Source of the DNA: a virus
Taxonomy: Duplodnaviria > Heunggongvirae > Uroviricota > Caudoviricetes
Virus record (IMG/VR): IMGVR_UViG_2698536677_000006
Location: 1 to 12,575 of that record
DNA: 12,575 nt
Reading direction: 5' to 3' (one strand)
The translations under genes were made by a program, and so were the position numbers. Below the pieces are notes generated by a model that was given only the letters and a program-made list of their open reading frames with translations, had not been told where the DNA came from and did not search any database. Shown here in pieces: positions 6,640-12,575 of this stretch. Position 1 is the first letter of the stretch; each line of letters starts with the position of its first letter.

Positions 6640-7203
6640 TCAGTTTGCAACATTTTTCTCTGTAACAAAAGCCATGCGCATGGGGGCATATAACATAAAT
6701 TCAGATACCCCCAACCATTGATCAATTCGGCGTCTGCACGTAACCAACGACCAATCAGGATGATCTGCATTTAACCTTTCGGCCATTTTCAGTTTGCTCA
6801 TTCCCCGTCCTTCGTACCTTTGCCGGAGAACATTGATTAGCCCGGGATATTCCCCAAGCACCTCACTGATAACGCGATCAATAATCAACGCCTCTGTGTC
6901 TGTACAATGTGACAACCAGCTCTTCTGCTTTCCTCTTGTCATATCCCGAAAAAATGCCTCAAGTTCCGGTTTTTCCAGCCCGGATTTCTTCATTCTGCGT
7001 AAAACCTCATTAACTGCTGTTTTCGTCAGCTTTTTCGAAACCAGTAACCGGTTAAACATATTTCCGGATTTACCCCCACCGATATACGACCACCGCCCCC
7101 ACATCCGTAATTTCCCCTGGATCCAGACTGCTTCCAGCGTGTTCAGGCGTAAATGTTCGCCGCTTTTGCCTGTAATTTCCGGATATATCATATTTACGCT
7201 CAC
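6640..7203 (-). CDS. Q-position protein of a different sequence family (putative alternative late antiterminator)
   Basis: 187-aa ORF in the same slot as the lambda-type Q of the other module: start (GTG 7203, or ATG 7191) overlaps the RusA stop, and a tR'-like terminator follows. No sequence similarity to the 3658..4479 protein. Function inferred from position only. Confidence 0.45.
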   Translation of the reverse strand: MSVNMIYPEITGKSGEHLRLNTLEAVWIQGKLRMWGRWSYIGGGKSGNMFNRLLVSKKLTKTAVNEVLRRMKKSGLEKPELEAFFRDMTRGKQKSWLSHCTDTEALIIDRVISEVLGEYPGLINVLRQRYEGRGMSKLKMAERLNADHPDWSLVTCRRRIDQWLGVSEFMLYAPMRMAFVTEKNVAN

Positions 7204-7559
7204 TCACTCTCAATTTTGTAAATCTTCACACCCAGCCGTCCACCAGATACTGGCTGACCACGTACAATATTGATTTCATCAAACTGCTCGTCATCAATGA
7301 GCACTCCCGCATGCGTCAGCGCATCCAGCGGTGCTTTCAGAATGTTGTCCAGGTCGCGACGACGCTTATCCGGTGGCTCTGCAATCACCTTTATCGCCAG
7401 CCTTCCGGACAGGCTTAATTTCAGCCGCTGCTGGCGAACAATAAGCGCCACAGCCCGGCGATAACGCTCACCGGCTTTTGATACAAAATATGTGCTGCCA
7501 CGACGTCGCCAGTAGGTGTTCACCGTCGGCGGGTAAGGCAAAACAAACTCTATGAGCAT
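7200..7559 (-). CDS. rusA: RusA-family Holliday junction resolvase (second copy)
   Basis: 119 aa, near-identical to the 4476..4856 product; same DLDN...K...D motif. Confidence 0.85.
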   Translation of the reverse strand: MLIEFVLPYPPTVNTYWRRRGSTYFVSKAGERYRRAVALIVRQQRLKLSLSGRLAIKVIAEPPDKRRRDLDNILKAPLDALTHAGVLIDDEQFDEINIVRGQPVSGGRLGVKIYKIESE

Positions 7560-7571
7560 CAGTCACCTCTT

Positions 7572-8621
7572 TTACCCGAGCACGCCAGTCGCAAAGGCGT
7601 GATCAAGAAAACGAAAAATTAAATCAACCTGGGAACCATGCTTTTCTTCGAACGCCAGCGGATCCGCATGAAGCTCGTTGTGATGCTCCCGACACAGCGG
7701 TAGCGTGAAAATATCGTGGGATTTTGTTCCCATTCCACCCTGACCATGACCAATCAGATGATGAGGATCGTCCGCTGGCTTACCACAACACGCACACGGC
7801 TGTGTCTTTACCCAGCGTGTGTATTTCTCATTTACCCAGCGGCGACGTTTAGGTCGTTTCATGAAGGATTCCGGAGACTCCGGATCAACGGCAATGCTGA
7901 CCACCGTCTTTTCCTGTGGTGGGTTCTGTTGCTGGTGGGTGTGAGGCGGTAGCGCAATATTTTTTGTGCGCTGCTTCAGTATGCTGGTGGCGGTCTGTTC
8001 TCCCGGTATGATGTCGCTTTCACGGTATACGGAGCGGATTTTTTCCGCCGGTAATCCCAGAGAACGACGCGCTACTGCCTCAGGTAGTGCATCCACCACC
8101 TGATTGCAGGCCGCCCACCAGGATAATTCGGCCAGCGATAACTCCCTCTCCTGCGTACCGCTTATTGCGTGACCGATGACGTCAATCATCCATGCTGACA
8201 GGTTTTGATGAGCAAGTTGCTCGAGTGATTCGGATGTCTGGTCACGCAGCTGGTTGTCACAGTGCCAGCACAACACCATCGCGCCGGTACCGTAACGGTG
8301 AATGACTGTTTCGCTGTGATGATAATCGCCGTGTGGCCACTGGCAGGATTTCACGTGACGTAATAACCAGTCAGACAGTGCACCTGCACCACCTGCTGCA
8401 CGAATTACCCGCTCATCGCTGAAAAATGGTAGTAATGTTTTATCCTCAGCCAACGGCTGGCTAACGGCTGCAACGACGCCGGACGGAAGACTGCGCATGT
8501 TTTTGGGTTCCGGTTCCACCAATATTCTGCCGTTATGGAATACTGACATTGATTCACGGCCTGGCTTAACGATAACCAGACTGAGTTCCGGTACCAGAAC
8601 AGGTCGAAGTAATACCCGCAC
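7572..8621 (-). CDS. YdfU-like (DUF968) prophage protein with C-terminal HNH-like zinc motif
   Basis: 349 aa. GTG start at 8621..8619 with GGAGG 5 nt upstream, which overlaps the stop of the upstream small gene. C-terminus CACCGKPADDPHHLIGHGQGG ... CREHHNELH. Confidence 0.75.
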   Translation of the reverse strand: MRVLLRPVLVPELSLVIVKPGRESMSVFHNGRILVEPEPKNMRSLPSGVVAAVSQPLAEDKTLLPFFSDERVIRAAGGAGALSDWLLRHVKSCQWPHGDYHHSETVIHRYGTGAMVLCWHCDNQLRDQTSESLEQLAHQNLSAWMIDVIGHAISGTQERELSLAELSWWAACNQVVDALPEAVARRSLGLPAEKIRSVYRESDIIPGEQTATSILKQRTKNIALPPHTHQQQNPPQEKTVVSIAVDPESPESFMKRPKRRRWVNEKYTRWVKTQPCACCGKPADDPHHLIGHGQGGMGTKSHDIFTLPLCREHHNELHADPLAFEEKHGSQVDLIFRFLDHAFATGVLG

Positions 8622-8622
8622 G

Positions 8623-8895
8623 TTACCTCCAGATGCGTTGCTGATATGTGCGGGACGGACGCGGCGGGCGTTCGGAATAAGGGAGCCTGACGGAAATTAT
8701 CCAGTGTCGGAAGTCAGGATTGAGGCCTTTCTGAAACTGGTATCCACGTCTGCGGTAATTCTGAATCAGCCACTCGGCCTGTTCTTCAGTGCATTGGTCA
8801 TGCTGGTACCAGTCATATTTGAATGCGTGAGAGCGCCGTCCGTGTCTGCTGGCAGGGTCGGCATCAGAATTGTGGTGTTTGGTATTGTGCGCCAT
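8623..8895 (-). CDS. Small prophage protein (about 90 aa), function unknown
   Basis: Internal ATG (MAHNTKHH...) of ORF 8623..8976. The longer ORF-track start would run through the terminator at 8968-8993, so the internal start is preferred. Stop TAA lies 1 nt before the YdfU-like GTG. Confidence 0.4.
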   Translation of the reverse strand: MAHNTKHHNSDADPASRHGRRSHAFKYDWYQHDQCTEEQAEWLIQNYRRRGYQFQKGLNPDFRHWIISVRLPYSERPPRPSRTYQQRIWR

Positions 8896-8967
8896 CGGTT
8901 GTCTCTGCTGGCGCAGCAGGTGCCAGTTGTTCAGGCTGGCGTGTGGATTGTAAACCAGAATGCCAGG

Positions 8968-8993
8968 AAAAAACAAAACCCGCGAAGCGGGTT
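8968..8993 (-). terminator. Strong rho-independent terminator separating the restriction-modification island from the nin-region genes
   Basis: Minus-strand RNA AACCCGC-UUCG-GCGGGUU (7-bp stem, UUCG tetraloop) followed by UUGUUUUUU, about 75 nt downstream of the endonuclease stop. Confidence 0.65.
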
Positions 8994-9065
8994 AGTAAAA
9001 ATGTACTGAAGTCAATGACGTGCCATCACAGTTAAAATATGACAGACTCTATTTACGTAGAGATG

Positions 9066-9944
9066 TCAGACTGCAAGATCCAAGGGAAGATCAGAAATAT
9101 CCTTTAATCTTTTACCATTAACCATCACGGAAAGCATGTCAGCTGCATCGCTGAGCCCCAGTATTTCAACTGCTGATATAAGTTCATAAAGCGCAAAATG
9201 ATACACGCAATCTATATCACCAGTACCAAGAGCAATAGACGCCAGACGACTTGGAGTAGGCTCAGCAGTAACAACCATTACATGAGGGAGATTTCCCTTA
9301 CGGTTGCGAATAAGATTTAATGCCTCAGAACGAGCATTCTGGGCCCGGTCGCTTCTTATTGTCCATTTGCAGGAAATACTTGCGTGTAATATTGGTTTCC
9401 CACCATTCGAACTCCTGAGAGCTGACATGCGGGTAACAGAATCATCCACCAGTAATTCAGGACTGTTGATAACTTGATCACATTCAGGTTCTCTTTCAAC
9501 AATAATATCTGGTGAAATCGTATAATCACTCCCCAGTGCAGCAGCTAGCTGAGGATTACTTTTTGCAGCACTATCCAATGCTATAAGATGGGCATATTGT
9601 TCATATTTAGCTATCTCTAATCTGTTTCTACCAGAAACCTGATGTACATTCCATTTTCCAGGGCGTAAGTGGCTGAGTTTAAAAAAGGTTTTTTCTATAA
9701 ACTCTGCGCAGATACTCTCAAACTGATTACCAGATGTTTGCCCTGCAACACGTTCACCAATCGTTTCAGCCTGCAAGAAGCGAGCAATTTCTCTTGCTAT
9801 AGCTTTACTGTTTTTGTTACTGCTATCTGCGTTACTAACAACTCCGGCAGTATTAATTGTGAGCGTATTCAGTAACAATTGGGCATGAAACTCCTTTCTG
9901 GCTTCAGCAAAACCAACTATGCTGTCAACCAAATCTCCATTCAT
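9066..9944 (-). CDS. Type II restriction endonuclease, NgoMIV/Cfr10I/Bse634I-like (predicted CCGG-core specificity)
   Basis: 292 aa from ATG 9944 (MNGDLV...), with AGGAAA Shine-Dalgarno and only 13 nt after the methyltransferase stop. Active-site pattern SPD(146) ... SCK(193) ... E(207): D-to-K 47 and K-to-E 14 residues, the spacing recalled for NgoMIV D140/K187/E201. Recognition-type motif K-x3-R-x-D-R (KWTIRSDR). Confidence 0.6.
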   Translation of the reverse strand: MNGDLVDSIVGFAEARKEFHAQLLLNTLTINTAGVVSNADSSNKNSKAIAREIARFLQAETIGERVAGQTSGNQFESICAEFIEKTFFKLSHLRPGKWNVHQVSGRNRLEIAKYEQYAHLIALDSAAKSNPQLAAALGSDYTISPDIIVEREPECDQVINSPELLVDDSVTRMSALRSSNGGKPILHASISCKWTIRSDRAQNARSEALNLIRNRKGNLPHVMVVTAEPTPSRLASIALGTGDIDCVYHFALYELISAVEILGLSDAADMLSVMVNGKRLKDISDLPLDLAV

Positions 9945-9957
9945 TTCTGGATTTCCT

Positions 9958-11082
9958 TCAGGCTGCTTGACTATTCTTACTGATGTTATTCTTATACCGT
10001 CCCTGCAAAACTCCATACACATATTGTGCGATTTTTGCCGCAAATAGCGGTGGAACAGCATTCCCGATCTGCTTTGCAATCTCAGTTTTTGAACCGGTAA
10101 AAATGAAATTATCAGGAAAAGACATTAATCTCGCTGCCTCACGATGAGTTATTGGCCGATCCTCTTCCGGATGTAAATATCGCCCTTTCTCCGGTTTGAA
10201 AAACTCAGTACGAATCGTTACTGAAGGTTTGTCCCACCACAGACGTCCAAACAAATCGGTCCCTCCAGATTTCTTTTTTAGCCAGCACGCCGGGGTTATA
10301 TCAGGTCTTTTTTTCTGTAAATCGAAACGGTTACCTCCTGGTGGAACCGCTTTATATCGCTCCAGAGAAACAGGAGTGGGATTACGCCCAAAATGTAAGT
10401 TCAGCGGAGGAAGTTCATTACGAATATCAGTTCCAACAGGAGCAGGTAAGTCACCAATTGCATCACGCGTACAGACCCATTCAGGCAAAGCGACATCCTT
10501 ATCAGGGGAACGATGCGTTGGTGCTGGCGGGAACGCCGGAATACTATGCACATCGAAGAGTTCTCGTTTGATACCGATTGCTATCGTTCGTTTTCTTGTC
10601 TGAGGTACTCCATAGTCAGCAGTATTCAACACCATTGGATTAAGCAGAATAAAGCCCATGGATTTCGCTCTAAACGTAATGTCCGCAAACTCATCGCTTA
10701 TCAGCAATCCGGGGACATTTTCCATGACGAACATACAAGCCCTTGAACGCTCAATGACATCCATATAAGGCTCCCACAATGCTCTTCGGTGATCACCATA
10801 ACGATTCTTATTCAATAAACTGAATCCCTGACACGGGGGGCCACCTATGACCACATCAGCCTCAGGAACAGTATTGCTGGATGCCCACTCCTCAATATTT
10901 GCCTGAACTCCATGCAAACCAAAATTGGCATTGTAGGTATTTATAGCTGCAGCATTATTATCAATAGCAAGGATACTTTCAAAGTAGTCAGACATCTCTC
11001 CATGAAGAAAACCATAAGATAATCCACCTGCCCCACAAAAGAGGTCTATCACTCTGAATTTATTTAATTCTTTCATCCGCAT
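9958..11082 (-). CDS. DNA cytosine-5 methyltransferase (Type II restriction-modification methylase)
   Basis: 374 aa with the canonical m5C motifs in order: I DLFCGAGGLSYGF, IV GGPPCQGFS, VI ENVPGL, VIII QTRKR, X GNAVPP. GAGG Shine-Dalgarno before the start. Confidence 0.9.
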   Translation of the reverse strand: MRMKELNKFRVIDLFCGAGGLSYGFLHGEMSDYFESILAIDNNAAAINTYNANFGLHGVQANIEEWASSNTVPEADVVIGGPPCQGFSLLNKNRYGDHRRALWEPYMDVIERSRACMFVMENVPGLLISDEFADITFRAKSMGFILLNPMVLNTADYGVPQTRKRTIAIGIKRELFDVHSIPAFPPAPTHRSPDKDVALPEWVCTRDAIGDLPAPVGTDIRNELPPLNLHFGRNPTPVSLERYKAVPPGGNRFDLQKKRPDITPACWLKKKSGGTDLFGRLWWDKPSVTIRTEFFKPEKGRYLHPEEDRPITHREAARLMSFPDNFIFTGSKTEIAKQIGNAVPPLFAAKIAQYVYGVLQGRYKNNISKNSQAA

Positions 11083-11165
11083 CCATATGCCTCAGATTAA
11101 TGTTGAGCGTCTTACAGGACGCGTAATGTTAACTGGGGCTTTCTCTATCTGCCTTTTGGTGTTCA

Positions 11166-11190
11166 TGCCTGAGGCAGACAGCCTCAGGCA
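11166..11190. promoter_or_regulatory. Perfect 9-bp inverted repeat (TGCCTGAGG-n7-CCTCAGGCA) upstream of the methyltransferase gene; candidate operator or RNA hairpin
   Basis: Read directly from the sequence. The arm sequence TGCCTCAG recurs at 11094-11101, overlapping the methyltransferase ribosome-binding site. Confidence 0.3.
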
Positions 11191-11260
11191 CCCGCAGCAA
11201 TTCTACTTAACTCACGTCACCTCGCCAATATGAAATCAATCAGAAAGGTGATCCATAAAA

Positions 11261-11947
11261 TCACTCCTTCTCTTCTTTTCCGTAGTGGAGTTGGCCAATT
11301 TTGATAAGAGGGCGTCCCTGAGATTTGCGGTGTAGATTGGTATCGCGCAGAGAATACACACAGCCACAATATTCCTGCTGATAGAATTTTTCGCGCTTGC
11401 TGATTTCAATCATACGGGACGAGCCGCCCTGCTTGCGCCAGTTATAATCCCAGTACACCATACCCGGATAATGCGCAACAGCTCGCCGCCCACACTCGTT
11501 AACCTGCTGCATATTTTTCCAGCGTGAAATGCCCAGTGAACTACTGATCACACTGAAACCATTTTCAGCAGCGTACAACGCTGTCCGCTCAAAACGCATG
11601 TCAAAACACATGGTACAACGGATCCCCCTCTCAGGCTCCCATTCCATTCCTTTGGCACGTTCAAACCAGTTGTCGGTGTCGTAATCAGCATCGATAAACG
11701 GCACGCCGTGTTGTTCAGCAAAGCGAATATTTTCATCCTTACGAATTAAATACTCTTTCTGAGGATGAATGTTCGGGTTGTAGAAAAAGATGGTGTAGTC
11801 GATTCCCGAGGCCTGAAGCGCCTCCATCACTTCACCGGAACATGGAGCACAGCAAGAGTGCAGTAGTAGTTTGTTTGCCCCGTTTGGAAGCTCCAATTTA
11901 GGCCGTTTGAAATCAGCAATAGTCATAAATATTTTTATTGGGGTCAT
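11261..11947 (-). CDS. DUF208 / QueH-like protein (putative cobalamin-independent epoxyqueuosine reductase homolog)
   Basis: 228-aa ORF with the N-terminal [11 protein letters not shown] signature recalled for QueH/DUF208 and further conserved Cys residues (CTMCFD, YCGC). Start may be ATG 11947 or 11926; neither has a clear Shine-Dalgarno. Confidence 0.5.
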   Translation of the reverse strand: MTPIKIFMTIADFKRPKLELPNGANKLLLHSCCAPCSGEVMEALQASGIDYTIFFYNPNIHPQKEYLIRKDENIRFAEQHGVPFIDADYDTDNWFERAKGMEWEPERGIRCTMCFDMRFERTALYAAENGFSVISSSLGISRWKNMQQVNECGRRAVAHYPGMVYWDYNWRKQGGSSRMIEISKREKFYQQEYCGCVYSLRDTNLHRKSQGRPLIKIGQLHYGKEEKE

Positions 11948-12100
11948 GAAAATAGCACAGAGTGTAGCATCAGAGCAGGGCTATCGGGAATATATGTCTA
12001 AATCTGGTAATATCTGGTTTTGACGCAAAGCGGACAACCACGCTGGCTCTACCCTGCGCCATGAAAATGTCAATTCACATCTGAACTAATGCTCTTTAAT

Positions 12101-12526
12101 CTAGTAACGTCTAAAATATCTAACATTTCCTTGATAAAATGCCAGTACACGCTGCATAGCTTCGCTCTTCCGGCACTCGCGACAGATTATATTCAGGCGC
12201 CTGTCGTAGCGGCGTATTTCGCCGTCTGGTAACGACCAGATAAGGTCCGGATCAACCACTGCAGGTTTCTTCACCTTTGCCCTTGAGAGTTTTTTGCGAG
12301 CATTTTGCCAGTCCTTACGCGCCTGTTCAGACGGGAATAACCCGTAACCAGAGTTGTATACATCGCCACTGGCAACCAGCTCTCTGGCGAGAACACTCAT
12401 CAGATATCTTGTCGCACCTGTCCTGGCTTCCAGTTGCCGCAACGTCTCGCGACCGCTCAGACGTACAAGTTCAACAACCTGCCCTTTAATTTTTTCCCGC
12501 TCTTCTTGTGTAAATACTTTTGCCAT
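12101..12526 (-). CDS. Hypothetical basic protein (141 aa), possible DNA-binding protein
   Basis: ORF 12101..12541; the first ATG at 12526 (MAKVFTQEEREK...) has GGAGG 5 nt upstream, whereas the ORF-track start is a TTG. Lys/Arg-rich centre (ARKKLSRAKVKKP) and a single CRECRK. No family recognised. Confidence 0.5.
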   Translation of the reverse strand: MAKVFTQEEREKIKGQVVELVRLSGRETLRQLEARTGATRYLMSVLARELVASGDVYNSGYGLFPSEQARKDWQNARKKLSRAKVKKPAVVDPDLIWSLPDGEIRRYDRRLNIICRECRKSEAMQRVLAFYQGNVRYFRRY

Positions 12527-12575
12527 AAGCGCCTCCGGCAATCACTTTTCCGATACAACACGGCGGGAAGAATCA

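Noticed and set aside
9945-10079. Upstream extension of the endonuclease ORF (337-aa version starting at 10079)
   Set aside because: It would overlap the methyltransferase C-terminus by about 120 nt; the internal ATG at 9944 has a good ribosome-binding site just after the methyltransferase stop.
1-12575. CRISPR arrays or IS elements / transposases
   Set aside because: There is no array of short direct repeats with spacers, and no transposase-like ORF or terminal inverted repeats; all large repeats are explained by paralogous prophage modules.

Overview
This window reads as the Q / late-regulatory region of one or more lambdoid (E. coli-type) prophages, with every supportable gene on the minus strand. 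From high to low coordinates: a 141-aa basic protein, a DUF208/QueH-like protein, a complete Type II restriction-modification pair (C5-cytosine methyltransferase plus an NgoMIV/Cfr10I-family endonuclease), a strong intrinsic terminator, then nin-region genes (small protein, YdfU-like HNH protein, RusA resolvase, Q-position antiterminator), a tR'-like terminator, a beta-class N6-adenine DNA methyltransferase, two phage-type tRNAs (Ile2-CAU and Arg-UCU), a TerB-family cargo gene with a translationally coupled small hydrophobic peptide, and the 5' end of a DUF1737-like gene. The YdfU-RusA-Q-small protein-methylase module occurs in two to three diverged copies, and the copy boundaries coincide with an 11-N run (2781-2791) and a single n (5957), so the arrangement is probably a scaffold or assembly join of paralogous prophage segments rather than real tandem structure. 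The two most interesting candidates are the TerB plus peptide cassette at the stx-equivalent cargo locus and the QueH-like gene next to the restriction-modification island. All family assignments are from motifs read by eye and from memory; no database search was run.
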